Counted from the stretch's first letter, positions 1-13,489 are shown. The stretch is 64,000 nucleotides of DNA from Octopus vulgaris (GCA_951406725.2 OX597814.1:126294001-126358000), one strand, 5' to 3'. Notes: generated by a model not told the origin, from the sequence alone. Program-made: numbers and translations.

Positions 1-146
1 GGCAGCAGGATGTGAGTTGAGGGAATTTGGTTGCTATTTTTAGCAGATGACTGACCCCTATGCATAGGCATTAATTTTTGATAGTTCTTGTAAGATATGA
101 TACATAAGGGAGATAAGTTAGTCAAATATTAATATATAGAGCATCT

Positions 147-356
147 AAGGTGGTGAGCTGGCTGATTCGTTACCAGACTGGGCAAAATGCTTAGCAGCAT
201 TTCATCTGTCCTTACATTCTGAGTTCCAGTTTCACTAAGGTTGACATTTTCCTTCATTTTTTTAGGGTCAATAAAGTAAGTACCCGTTGAGCACTGGAGT
301 CAATGTAATTGACCCCCCCCCCCGATATAGCTGGCTTTGTGCCAAAATTTGAAACC
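147..356 (+). mobile_element. tRNA-type SINE, family A (central GTTGAC..CCTTCAT...GGGTCAATAAAGTAAGTACC domain)
   Basis: Recurs at 26625, 34698, 52975, 53200 and 58548. Flanked by a 16-bp imperfect TSD: AATATATAGAGCATCT (131-146) / AATATACAGGGCATCT (357-372). Confidence 0.75.
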
Positions 357-454
357 AATATACAGGGCATCTTTGTTTCAAAATAGTTTCCGCTTCATGC
401 TGATATAAATGCACATGTCAACTCACACGCATATTTTTAGCCAATCTAATCTAA

Positions 455-1100
455 ACATGGCTATGTCAAACTCCAGTATAAGCTGCAACTTCATTAATCT
501 AAATAATTGCCCATTACATCATAAATGTAGGTTTAAAGATGTTGTGTACTAGGCTACTGTAGGAAAACAAACAACTTATCTACATCATTAATAGTGAAAC
601 ACTTCAAATTACCATATATTCAGCATTTCTACACTTTGTTATATATAATTCAGAATAGATGGGATAACACATCGCTTTCAGACTTTATCTGGAATCTAGA
701 ATTGTAAACAATCAAGTTTAACTTTAATTGGAAAATACTCACCTCTGCGTAATCTTACGCTAGCTACATAAAGCCCACAAACCTTTGTTCAATAGAGACC
801 TTAGAAATTCTCTTTACTAAAATACTTTCTAACTGCCACACAGAACATATTTCATATTGAACACATAAAATACTTCAACATTTCAAACCTATGATCTACC
901 TGTGCAAAGTAATTATTCATTTTCCTCTATACATCTTATTCCATTTTACTCTGTAAATTGAAACATTGTATTTGATATCTGATATAACATCTATATTCTA
1001 CCTATTAAACTTCCCTTTATTTCTCTCTTATTTGACTATTGTATTAAAGTGACAACTAATTATCAATTTAAACATTTTATAATTTTACAGTAGATAACCT
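455..1100 (+). mobile_element. Penelope-like element remnant, GIY-YIG endonuclease C-terminus plus 3' flank
   Basis: Manual translation SCNFINLNNCPLHHKCRFKDVVY*ATV...TSLSDFIWNL...FNWKILTSA...NLCSIETLEIL matches the CNC..CPL..C..VVY.A.V / LS..IW.L / WKIL / LC..E pattern of Penelope/Neptune endonucleases. Contains stops. Confidence 0.75.
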
Positions 1101-1626
1101 ATATTGTAGCATCTTTTTTGAACAGATACAACTGTATCAACATAGATACAATTATATATATTTATAATATATACATAATACTAATCATTTTATTACTATT
1201 AGCATTTTGTTAATAGCAATAGCAACACTGAAACAGCTTCAGATATTTATTACTTATACATCATACTAATCGTTTTATTATTATTAACTTCATTTGTATC
1301 TAATTCATTAATCAGTTTATTAGTTTGTTGTAAGCATTGTTACCCTTTTCCTCTTCCCCAAGCTTACATCATCATCATCAACATCCAATCCTGGTTTTAC
1401 AAAACTATATTAGAATGAGGAATTTTGAAACAAACTTCTACTTAATGATTCTGTGAATGTTATTATTCTGTGTATTATTTCTTTGTTTCTTTTGCTGGTT
1501 TCAGCTATTGGATTGCTGCCAAAACTTTTAGTCAATTATATCGACGCCAGTATGTTTCCTGATATTAAATCATTTTTCTCATTCGATAAAATATATAGCA
1601 GAGATAAGTCTTTTGGATATGAATAC

Positions 1627-1720
1627 ATGGAAATGATATCAGGAATTAAGGGGGTTAAGTAGGAGTTTTACAAGTCCAACAGCTGTTTCTGGGGGCTTAG
1701 TGGTTCAAAGTAATGCTTGT
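1627..1720 (-). repeat. ~95-bp repeat, probable Penelope pseudo-LTR fragment (second copy at 3105-3200)
   Basis: ATGGAAATGATATCAGG...CCAACAGCTGTTTCT..GGGCTTAGTGGTTCAAA occurs twice with high identity. Confidence 0.55.
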
Positions 1721-1804
1721 TCAAATGTAACAGTTTTCACCACATGCTTATATAAACACAAACACACACACACGCACACACGCACAACACATGTATGTGT
1801 ATAT

Positions 1805-1839
<35 letters not shown>

Positions 1840-2040
1840 TTAACATCCATGTTCCATACTAGCATGGGTTGGACAGTTTAACAGGATCTGTTGGGTTTGA
1901 GACTGCATTATGTCCCAGTGTCTTTTTTGACATGGTTTCTATAGCTAGATGCCCTTCCTTATACCAGCTACTTTACAGTTTGTACTGGGTGTTTTTTTTT
2001 TCCTGGCACCAGCACATGTGAGGTACTATCCTGCAAGATT
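1805..2040 (-). mobile_element. RTE LINE 3' UTR/tail fragment
   Basis: (CAT)n followed by TTTAACATCC...GCATGGGTTGGACAGTTT...GATGCCCTTCC. The same tail is attached to RTE ORF sequence at 6262-7085. Confidence 0.7.
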
Positions 2041-3104
2041 AAGATCCCTTTTGACTTAGCTGGACTAAAATAGATAGGGAGGTGGCTTTATGATATGGGA
2101 TGTTGGGTTAAAGTAGGAGAGAATAGAACTGAGTTTTTTTCTTCTTTTTGTTTGTTTGTTGTAAAGGAGCCACACAGTTATTCACAATATACAAGAAAGG
2201 GTGTGAGTAACCAGAGTAGAGCTGGAAAGAGATAAAAATAGTGGTGATATGGTGTCAGGGTTGACTTTAAAGATTGTATGCGAGTAGAAGTGAGTGGGGA
2301 CAGGAGAACAGGAAGTGTGGATAGAGGTTGCAAGAGTGTATGGGAGAGTAATGGATGATTAGAGATAGGGAATAAGCAAGAGGATGAATATTATGAAGAA
2401 CAACTTTTGAGAGATGATAAGTAAGGAAGAGAAGATAACAATTGTAGAAATTGGAAAGGTTGAGGGATTGGGGTGGGTGGAGGGGACAGTATTAAGAGAA
2501 TTAAAGATGAATAGTAAATAAAATGGATCCAGTTAGTATGTGTGTGTGTTTATATCAGTTAGTAAGAAGGGTAATTGGTATGTATGTATGCATTTTGAAG
2601 TGATTCACATTAAACCTTATGTCTGGTTGTTTGTTTCTTGTAGCTTGGTATACAATGTCTCTAAGCTTGTATTCATGAAGTAATGGGCAATTATTTAGGT
2701 TTATCCAGTTGAAAGCCTACTGCGCTGGAGTTTGAAATTATATATAAGTATGCATGTGTGTTTGTGCATCAATAAATGAATATGTGTATGTGTGTGTGTG
2801 TATTAAAATTTTGGATAAAATCTATATATGATTTTACCAGGTAGTTTGCATGTAATAAATAAAAATATACTTATATAGATATATTGATAGATAGGTAGAG
2901 AGAGAGGGGGGGGAAAGATATTAGAGACAGGTATTCTCTATAGAATACACTTTGTAGTGCTCAAGGGATTTGGACTTGACCAGGTAGAGGAGTTATTGTA
3001 AGGACAAGCAAGTTAGGCAAGTTGATATACAAAAAATATTAATTACATTTAATACAAAAAATGTACATATGTATACATATAAAAAATAGTTTGACTTACT
3101 CAAA

Positions 3105-3368
3105 ATGGAAATGATATCAGGACTTAAGGAGGTTAAGTAGGAGTTTTACAAGTCCAACAGCTGTTTCTAGGGGCTTAGTGGTTCAAAATAATACTTGTAC
3201 CTTGACTCCATCATCGGATACCACCAGCCTCCATCTTCAGGGAAGTGCATTTGACGTGTTGACAGAATGGAAATAAACTCTATTCTGTCAACACCTCAAA
3301 TGTACTAAAGACAGAGGCTGGGGGTATCTAATGATGGAATCAAGTTACAAGCATTATTTTGGACCATT
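3105..3368. repeat. Penelope pLTR-like segment folding into a ~190-nt imperfect hairpin (3177-3368)
   Basis: Arms of about 90-95 nt are reverse complements, with a 7-nt loop at 3272-3278. Confidence 0.75.
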
Positions 3369-3589
3369 GTTTTCCTTGGCTAACCATGGAAAATATTACT
3401 TTGTTTGGGCAATAGGTGAGGGTTGGCTACAGGAATGCCATCTGTTCATAGAAAGTCTGCCTCAACAAATTCTCTCTGACCCTTGCAACTTTGGTAAAAT
3501 GGAAGTTAAATGATGATGATGATGATATACCTATACATAGATACATATGTATGTGTGTGTGTATGCATATGTATTCATATTCTGTCTGC

Positions 3590-4280
3590 TCTAAACTAAA
3601 CTTCATTGGCTATAGAAATTGCAGCTATATTAACCTAAATAATTGCACATTGCTTCATAAATATAAGCTTAAAGATATTGTGTACCAGGCTACTGTTGAA
3701 ACAAACACCTTATCAACATCATTAATGGTGAATTGCTTCAAATTACAATATATTCAGCATTTCTACACCTTATTATATATAAATCAGAATAGATGAGACA
3801 ACACATCACTTTCAAACTTCATCTAGAATCTGAAATTGAAAACCATCAAGTCTAACTTTAATTAGCAAATACTCACCTCTGCCAAATCTTAAACCAGGTA
3901 CAAAAAAGCCTACTTAACATTGTACAAGAGAGGGCTTAGAAATACTCTTTACTAAAATGATTCTTTGTAACCATCACTCGGCACATATTTTATCTTGTCT
4001 GCATAGAAATATATAAAGTATTTTGATATATCAAACCCTTAGTCTATCCAAACACTTAGTACCTACATGTGCTACCTAATCTTCCATTTTCCTGTTTATC
4101 TTATTCCATCTAACTCTATAAATTTAAACATTGCTTTTGATATATGACATAACATTTATTTCCCACCACCAATTGAACTTCTCTATATTTCTCACTTATT
4201 TGACTATTGAACTTAAACTGAGAAGTAATTATCAGTTTGAACATGGTATTACTTTACATGAAAAATTTACAGTAGATAAC
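3590..4280 (+). mobile_element. Second Penelope GIY-YIG remnant, diverged paralog of 455-1100
   Basis: ORF track shows NCSYINLNNCTLLHKYKLKDIVYQATVETN. The DNA is colinear with 455-1100 through AATTTTACAGTAGATAAC. Confidence 0.75.
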
Positions 4281-4655
4281 TGGGCATGCTTGGTGTGTGA
4301 AATGTGCTGCTGCATGGTAGCAAGACATGAAGATCAGAAAGAAATGAGGCAAGCATGCTTTGTTAGTGTGCATGAGTGACAAAGTATAAATGAACTGAGA
4401 GAAAAACAGGTCATTCTAGGAATTAGATGTAGCATGTAAGAGACAAGACTGCAATAGTATGGGCATTTGATACAAATAGAGGACGACTGTTGCATTGGCA
4501 ATACCAAGCATTCAAATGAAATGATACTTGTGGAAGAGGGAAACTAAGGAAGACTTGGGATGAGGTGATAAAAATAATCTCAAGATTCTACATCCGATAA
4601 AGTAGTTGACATAGGATTGTGTCGACTGGCAATATACTGTGGTTGAAGATTCAAT
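4281..4655 (+). mobile_element. RTE LINE ORF C-terminal fragment
   Basis: Degenerate NELREK..LGIRCS..RLQ*YGHL...TCGRGK.RKTWDEV, which is the RTE C-terminal motif set (LRWYGHV, GRGRPKKTW). Confidence 0.7.
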
Positions 4656-4899
4656 CTCCTTTGCAAATTTGTTGAAAGGCCAGCTAAAATAGTGGAGTAA
4701 TATACACTTTCCAACTCATAGTTATTGCCAATGCTATAACCTCACATCTCTCCACAATCTCTTCTATTCACTGTACCTATTTTTTTTACATACCCCCTGT
4801 CCTATTCATCATACTTAGACACTCATAATTAGGAAGAAAGTATCTGACCTGCTCATATTGAATACCCTACTTTCTCTATGCCTGTTATACAGAATATCT

Positions 4900-6060
4900 T
4901 CTCTGTACATATGTCTAGATTTCATCTAAATACAAGCATATTGTACTTAATAATACTCCTAATACTTTTACATCCTTGTATAAATCATCTCAATATTACT
5001 GAAACATATTTTTTTCATTTTGTAACTATAATTTACTTTATTCTTTCCCCTCCAAATATTTCCACCAACTTTTCAATCTTATACAATAAAACACAGAAAA
5101 AAACTACTAAAATTTGTTAATTCTCCTATTAGTCCTCACCTTATAACCTGAAAGCTATACTAATTTCAATCTTACATTTTATATTATATATCCAAATTTT
5201 ACATTAAATTGCCAACATAATTTCTCTTTAGCACCACAGCATCTTTTCCCTCACTCATTACCTGTATTAGCAATTTATTTCTTCCTCCACTTCTCACTTT
5301 TCTGACCTTTGTTACATAACATTTAACCTCTAAAACAACCCTATGACAATTAATTTTATGCTTTGAAAACACCAATATCCATTTTAGATTTTATATTATA
5401 CATTCAAATGTTACATTAGATAACCATCATAATATCTTTCATACAATAATATAGATGTCCCAAATCTTATATCTTGACCTTTGCCACAAAACCAACTTTT
5501 CCAAATGTAAAATCCATTGACAAATGTACTAATAACCAACTTGAAATTTTAAATATTAATATAATTACACTAACAATTACCACCCTCACATCTTCCTCTG
5601 GTACATGTTACAATGTATTTCCCTAACTTTATATCTCATGCAGATATCTCTTTACAAAGCTAAGCATTATGCACATTATAACATAATATGCCTTTTATTA
5701 AACAACCAAATCAGTTTCATTAGGTTACTTCCTTATCATCTTAATAAGTCACTTTGTATCAAATATAATTTCATTATTACTACCGACTGTCAATGAATCT
5801 TTTCCTCCATTTTGCATGAGACGATACATATTCAAACAATTCCACATTTTGCCCAAACTTACTAAATTTTCAGAGTTATACCATGCCCTTTGATATAACA
5901 CCGATCTACAGTTTGCTATATACCTACAGACAAAATAATACATTACAAGGAAATTATTCTCTTCAGTTTGTGTAACACATTTTCTTAAATTATCTCTTAA
6001 TTTCCTATAGTAAATTCAATATGTTCTGACTCTTTATAAAACAGATTTCTTTCATTCCAC
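4900..6060 (-). mobile_element. Heavily decayed L1/Tx1-like LINE 3' region (tentative)
   Basis: A-rich minus strand with a weak CCHC-knuckle-like WFCGK...LGHLYYC near 5440-5505. Confidence 0.3.
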
Positions 6061-6225
6061 CTATCTAATTACTACCCTGATAAATGCACATTCCTAAATA
6101 TACATACATTTATTTTCATTAACTTGAAAGTTTCTTTGACTTGGAGCTTGTTTGTAACACTCTTTCTCTCTCTCTCTCTCTCCCTCCCTCCCTCCCTCTC
6201 CCCCTTGCTCTCCCTCTCTCTTTCC

Positions 6226-6258
<33 letters not shown>

Positions 6259-6261
6259 ATA

Positions 6262-7085
6262 TAATCATCATCATTTAACTTCCATTGCCCATGCTGCCAT
6301 GGGCTGAACGGTTTGACCAGGGAGATGGTGAGCTGAGGGCCTGCATTAGACTCCAGTCTGATTTGGTATGGTTTCTACAGCTGAATGCCCTTCCTAATTC
6401 CAACCACTCCGAGGGTGTAATGGATGCTTTTACATGCCACTAGTACAGGTGCCAGTTGCATGACACCAGTATCTGCCACGGCTATGATTTCACTTGGCTT
6501 GATGAGTTTTCTATTCAAGTACAGCATATTGCCAAAGGTTTCGGTCATTTGTCATTGCTTCCATGAAGCCCAATGCTCAATAGGTGCTTTTTACATGCCA
6601 CCACTGGCATGGGTCCTAGTTACATGACACTGGCATCAGCGACATTGCCTCTGTGAAGCCCAATGTTCAAAAGGTGTTTTGCATGTGCCATCAGCACAGG
6701 TGACAGTTACATGACACCAGCATCAGCCATAACTATGACTTCACTTGGCTTGATGGGTTTTCTCAAGCATGGCATATCGTCACTAGTCATTGTCTCAGTG
6801 ATGTCCAATGTTCGAAGATCATGCTTCACCACCACATCCCATGTCTTCTTGGGTCTACTTCTTCCACATGTTCCCTCTACAGTTAAAGATCAGCACTTTT
6901 TTACACAGCTGACTCATCCATACACATCACATGACCATACCAGCATAGTTGTCTCTATTGCAGACCACATCTGATGCCTCTTATGCCCAACTTTTCTCTT
7001 AAGACACTCTGTCAAACATGCACACTGACATTACACATCCAGTGAAGCATGCTAGCTTCATTTCTTACAAGCCTTCACATGTCCT
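6262..7085 (-). mobile_element. 5'-truncated RTE LINE: ORF C-terminus plus 3' UTR with internal tandem repeats and (ATG)n tail
   Basis: Minus strand reads RNEASMLHWMCNVSVH...LREKLGIRGIRCGLQ*RQLCWYGHVMCMDE...TVEGTCGRSRPKKTWDVVVKHDLRTL, running into the recurrent tail. Confidence 0.85.
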
Positions 7086-7087
7086 AT

Positions 7088-7240
7088 CATCAACATCGTT
7101 TAACATCCACTTTCCGTGCAGGCATGGGTTGGACAGTTTGACAGGAGCCAGCCAGGCAGAAGACTACACCAGGCTTCTGTGTCTGTTTTGATATGGTTTT
7201 TATGGTTGGATGTTCCTCCTAACACCAACCATCCTGCAGA
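7088..7240 (-). mobile_element. RTE LINE tail fragment
   Basis: Same tail consensus as 1805 and 6262. Confidence 0.7.
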
Positions 7241-7269
7241 GTATATATGTATATAATGCATGTATGTAT

Positions 7270-8000
7270 GGATTCTTTTTATATTATCAATTCTTTCGGA
7301 TATACAATACTAACTATCTGTATCCATTAGGCTTCCATTCACTTATGATTTCCTTCTGTATTTTCTTGTGTTTTGCTTCCTTATAAACATCAGCTCTTAA
7401 ACTTGGACAATAAGAACAATGCATTCAACTATTCTAAATATTTTTCTCTAACCTTGTATTCACCTAAACCTATGTACTTTTTTCTTATGATATACAACAA
7501 TCATTAATCTACTGTAGCTTTCTTGTTACATATGCAGTAAACTATTAAATATTCATATGTATTAGACTCAAAAAAATAAACTCTTACAAGAAGACTCTTA
7601 CTAGAATACTCCCTTTACATCTTTACTTGACAACAACATAAAATTTAAAATTTCCCCCATTAAATATTCCTTGGTGTGTTTTCTAGTATTTTAATAATTC
7701 TAAAGTCCACCTAACAGTTATTTGTTCAAAATACCACTATAATGCAATAATTTTGTGTCTCCTACACTTGTATTTTCCTGCTAAAACAATTATCCTACAC
7801 ATTTTTCTGTACCTAACATCTACTTTCAAATACACATATATCTAGTCATTATTTCCTTTTATTAATGTGAACAATTGCAAGAACAAGGTTTTCAAACAAA
7901 GTACAATAGTTATACTACGATTTCAATGAGAGAGTGAAGCCTAAGAATATCTGAACATCTGAAGTCCTACAGTTATTTTTCAAGCTAAGAATAGAGCATC
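7270..8000 (-). mobile_element. Decayed L1/Tx1-like AP endonuclease region (tentative)
   Basis: Weak motifs GGNF (GDFN-like), RVYFF and LNALFL in the expected order. Many stops. Confidence 0.3.
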
Positions 8001-8899
8001 TTATATAATGCCAAAATATCAACTACATAAAAAAATGTACTAAGGTAAGGGAATAAAATCAATTATAATAAATCTGTACTTTATGGCTTGCTAAATCCAT
8101 GTATATACATTCTATAGAATGATCTTGATTCTAAGCTACTGCTTCATATGTCATGGTCTTAAGTCCTACCTCTGTGGCTACTCATCCTGCTAAAACTAAT
8201 CGTCAAAACTCTCTCAAATTACAACCTAACATTTTAATACAGTCCTATGATTGAAACACTAGGTTTAAAAAACAAAAGAGAAAAAAAAAGACAAGGAGTT
8301 TACCACTAGAATGTCTTTTGATGACAAGTTTATTTGATCAGAGCTGACCTTCATTATTCTAAGTTTCTTCACACTACAATAATTCTGGGATAGTCATTTA
8401 TTATAATTTCTAGAAAGTTCTATTCTATCAATTACTTTAATATAGAAGTAAAGGATTATATGCAGCTAGAACATTTTCTAAAAATTAATAAGTGACAAAT
8501 TCCATCGTCTGATGCTGAATAAATCTTATTTTAAACACTAGCAACAGTTAATTCCCAAGTTTTATCTAGAATATAATTAGCCTAATTAATTCTTTATTTC
8601 ACTTGGGCTTTAAGGAAACGGCATTATTCTGACCTTTTAAACTGTTGTAAATCGTTTATCCACATTTTACCTCTGGAGAATGCTTAATTTGATTAGAAAG
8701 TAAGGATCAAGTTTCATCTCTTCGCGTAGCAAATGATTGTAACCTTTTTGAAGTAAAAGACAATACATTGTTGCATCCAAACTTCCCAGGAATGACAGCT
8801 TATACTTTTGACAAATTTTATTCGCATGATGCTAGTTATGGTATGGTATATTCCCAGACAAGGGTTCACGTATAGGTAACTCACTACCTTTCCAGAATT

Positions 8900-8934
<35 letters not shown>

Positions 8935-8961
8935 AGTAGTTCACTCACCTTTCCAGAATTT

Positions 8962-8993
<32 letters not shown>

Positions 8994-9469
8994 GGTATGA
9001 CTGACTAGAAAGAGAAAGCAAATGCTGGAAAATTTCCATGTCATGCTCGAATGACAATTGATATTTTGAGAATACCTTTGGAAAGAATAAGACAACCACT
9101 TGGAAAATGTGCCTTGCATCTTTGTGAAGTGGTTGTCATTGTTGTTATTGTTAATGGTTGTAGTGCTAATGGTGTTTAGCTCCAGATCAACTTTGATCAA
9201 ACTGACCAATTATCAAAAACATTCTAGCCATAACTGTTCTGTTTTTCAGGAATATCTACTGTGCTTTTCTTTCCTAATTTTAAGACATTGTGATGTAATC
9301 TGGAGAAGATTTTGCTGTTATTTCCAGCAGGTTGAACCATCATATAGAGGCCCCCTCACTAGATTTCTCTTCTTGCAGTTAAAATAATAGTCAAGTGTTA
9401 AGATTGATATAAACAATTATTCTCTAACTGGCAGTACTCCAGAATGGCTGCAGTCCAGAGGCAGAAACA

Positions 9470-9965
9470 ATAGCCACTAATAACATTATTATCAATGTCA
9501 TCATTCTCATGACCATCACCGTCAACACTATCATCGCCACTGTCATCATTAGCATCAAATCAAAAGAGGCTTCTGTGTAAGTATTTGTGTGTGACATAGC
9601 AATCAAATCTCCCTCACTTCATGCTTTGTGCCTGAAAAATAAGATGAGATAGTCACAGTGATGTGTTTCTCAATCAAAGATAAGCTGGAGCTGAAAAATT
9701 GCACACCGTCATCATCCATACCATCGTCATCAACTTCATCGTGATCACCCTCACCCTTATCCACCACCATCATCATAATCATCCCAATCATCATCTTCAT
9801 CACTGTTATCATCACCATCATTATATTCATCATCATATTCATTATCATCATTTCCTTGTGATGCACCTGAGCACTGTATACAATAATTTCATTATTATTA
9901 TTATTATTATTGTCATTGTTATTTTCACCACTATCACTACACTCTTTGCCATGATCATCATCACT
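9470..9965. repeat. Degenerate (CAT)n/(ATT)n low-complexity tracts
   Basis: Visible trinucleotide periodicity. Confidence 0.85.
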
Positions 9966-11269
9966 GCCTTCATTTACTTCTTCATTAACCCCCCATACAC
10001 ACACTCATGTAGTGTCAGCTATGCCCCAACCAATCTGGTGGTGGTGGTGGTGTGTGTGTGTGTGTGTGTGTGCAACTGGAATGTTGACTGGTGTATTTAT
10101 TTTGTAAATCACATGTGAACCAGGTGGCAATTAGCTTCTTTCTCACAGCATGAGTTGTTGTTTATTAACCGTAATGAAGCAAATCTGTAACTAATAGCCT
10201 TACAGCCATGACTGTCCATTCTGATACCATAATACATGCCAGACTACATTAGTCAATGTATATTTGCATTTTTCTAAGGATGGTTAGTTGTGATTTGAGG
10301 GAAATTTAGCTACTATTTCTAACAAGTAAATAGAGATTTCTTTTATTGACTTGCTGGACAGGTGTTGCTTTGGTGAGTCCACTAATTTCGTCTTACATTC
10401 TGTGCTTGGCAACAAGACATGCATTTAAATATAAGTAGATGTTACTAAAACAAGTCTAGAAGATATTTTTGTCAGCCAGCAGAGTGGCTATCAGGTAAAT
10501 GTTAGTCTCCAAGGGAAACAAGATATTCTGACTTCTCTTCCGCTTCATTCTTATTATCATCATCACCTTCATTGTCATCATCATCATCATTGCCCTCATC
10601 ATCATCATTGCCCGCATCATCATCATCATTGTTTAATTTCCGTTATCTGTATTGTTGCTATACACTGTCGCTATTTACTCAATGTCTTGTAAATGTTCCC
10701 CATACAGTGCCAGTGTTGTTATCTCTCAGTGGATTATTGCAGATATAATGGAAACTCTTGTACCTTATTTGTTAACAAACACCATTTATAGAGTTCATCT
10801 AAATACTATTATAGTTATTGTGTGCAGTGTTTGACTTTTTATTTTATTATTCATTTATTATTATTGATAGATGTTCAGAGCATACATTATAGAATATAAT
10901 AAAGTCAGCTATTCAATGGCAAACTCCTCTCACTTAATGCCAGTTATTGCTGAAACATAATACATTCACACTCATCCATTGAAGATGACACTAAAAATCT
11001 ATCTACCATTCTTCCGTTGCCTTTGTAAAGCTGTCCTGTCATCCCTGTCTCAGAATAAGGGCAAAAATCTCAACAGAAAGCTACATTAGTATTCAATAAA
11101 GAAAATGTTTCATAAATGTTGCCAAGTCTTGTTTTCAATTATTTTAGATGCTCTACTTTTGGTAAATGTGCTCAGCTTCTGTGACTCTATTAATGTATAA
11201 TATATTGCAACTCTGTTACATATATGTAGCTATATTGATTTACATATGGAATAGTGTGTAATGTTACAT

Positions 11270-11570
11270 ATATGTAATTATATATATATATAATCATCAT
11301 CATATATATTATATATAATAAATATATATATATATATAATATATATATGATGATTATATATATATATATATATAAATATAATCATCATCATATATATTAT
11401 ATATAATAAATATATATATATAATATATATATATATATATAATCATCATCATATATATTATATATAATAAATATATATATATATATATAATCATCATCAT
11501 ATATATTATATATAATAAATACATATATATATATATAATATATATATGATGATTATATATATATATGATT
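11270..11570. repeat. Compound (TA)n/(ATC)3 tandem array with inverted units
   Basis: Unit TATAATCATCATCATATATATTATATATAATAAATA repeated about 4 times, plus inverted ATGATGATTATATA units. Confidence 0.85.
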
Positions 11571-12048
11571 TCTGTCTCCACATTGTGGGTACATATGTTT
11601 TCATTGTGGTGAATTCTGTATTACATAATAGATTTATATACATCAGTTTTAAGCTGCATCTCTTTGGCTATTAATACATAAGAAACTCTATTACATCTCT
11701 GTGATCTTTTAATTTATATATATATTTGTGATAATGTTAATGTATATGTATGTGTGTCTAAGTATGTATATAGATATATATATATACATAGATATGTTTT
11801 ATAATAGATTAATATACATCATTGTGGCTATATAAATTTATATTTAGCATTTCTCAGTCACTTTTTTGTGGGTATGGATATTTACATAAATTAGCTCTGT
11901 GTTTCATATCTGTGGCTAGTGGCTATACAAGTTAACATATGTATATCAGTTCTATGTTACATATCCATAAGTATTTATATTATTGTGGAAAAATAGATTT
12001 ATATACATATCTTGTCACAACTTTATCATATATATATAGTAGTTCTCT

Positions 12049-12188
12049 CAGTGGACAAGGCTGCAGTCCACCCTAGGCTCTGCTTTTATGGGATTGCACA
12101 TTTGGCTCTGCTGTATAAACCTTAATAGTGGGCAGTGAGAAGGACTCAAGTGCTGCCCCAAGTGGCACACACTCTAGGTATACCACTG
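12049..12188. mobile_element. hAT-like MITE
   Basis: CAGTGG...CCACTG termini. Imperfect 8-bp TSD AGTTCTCT / ATTTCTCA. GC-richer than its flanks. Confidence 0.45.
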
Positions 12189-12986
12189 ATTTCTCAGTTT
12201 CATCTTTGTAGGTGTGGTAGGGTGTGTAAATAGATAGATAGACAGACAGACAGAGAGGGCAAGAGCTCTTTGTGTGTTACATATCTTTAGCTGTTATAAT
12301 TTTTTTTATATATATATATTAAAAGCTCAATGTTATGACTATTTGGTTTATATAGATTAAGTTGCTCTGTTATAAAAGAACATCTTTCAGTCAGCAGAGA
12401 ATGGAGAAAATATTAGGTTTCTGAAATATATCATTTGTTTGTCATATTTTGATCTCATGTATAAATATCCGATCACCATCAGTAGATGACCATTCTCTTG
12501 ATAATGTATTGTGCTTCCTTCCATCTCCCTAGCCATTTCAAATTAAGATATCAATTACATAATATTCGTTAATTAATTACAATTATGGGTTAGGTTTCCA
12601 CAAATAACAGTAATTATTGAAAAAGTGAGTTTTCTTTTTGGACATTCAGTTTAAATGTTAACTAGCTGATGGTAAGATGAGGTTTATTTTTTTCTCATAG
12701 TTTGCATGACAAAATAAAAAATAGCTAAATTTCCCTTCATCGACACCAATATATACTTACTACAGAATTATTTTATAAAAGCTCCAGCAATATTAATTTT
12801 GAAATACACAACAATCTCAACAGTTATTTTGTTATTATATCCAAAATGTTCCACCTCTTGAAAAATATGTAAAAAAAAATCACAACAGTAAATTTTGTTT
12901 GTGGATATAATGGACATTAGCAGACAGTTAATGTCAGTATTTACTAAAATATTATTACTTTTAAACTGCTACTACTGTCCTATAAG

Positions 12987-13031
<45 letters not shown>

Positions 13032-13489
13032 CATACATACATATTCACACATACATACACACATTTGTATATGTATGCTTGTATGTGCCTATATGTATGT
13101 GTGTATTGTGTAAGTATGTAATTCCTTTTTTCTATATACAGGGTTTCCCATAACAGGAATAAATTGTTGAAACGATTTAAAAAAACAGTAATAAAAATAC
13201 TTTTTATGTATAAAAGAACAGTTTTTTTTTATTTTTCGGTTAAATGGTTGGGATTTATGATTTACTATATAAATTGTTCACTTACATTACCGTTTTCTTT
13301 ACATTCCAATTCCAAGCGTGTTACAGCTTTTGTGTCACATAGAATACAATATTCGTGCATTATTTCTTTTTTGTATTTTGAGAGAATTAGGATAATAATG
13401 ATGATGTATAATAAGAGAAATTGTTATGAGTTCATAGTGCTAGAATTTTGACCAAAAAACTTGTTTCATTATGTATTATCGTTGTTGCT

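Noticed and set aside
8875-8990. Tandem duplication of TCACT.CCTTTCCAGAATT plus (CT)n; likewise the 22-bp direct repeat at 56564-56612
   Set aside because: Ordinary local slippage duplications.
9424-10118. His/Ile/Met/Asp-rich ORFs
   Set aside because: Translation of (CAT)n/(ATT)n low-complexity DNA.
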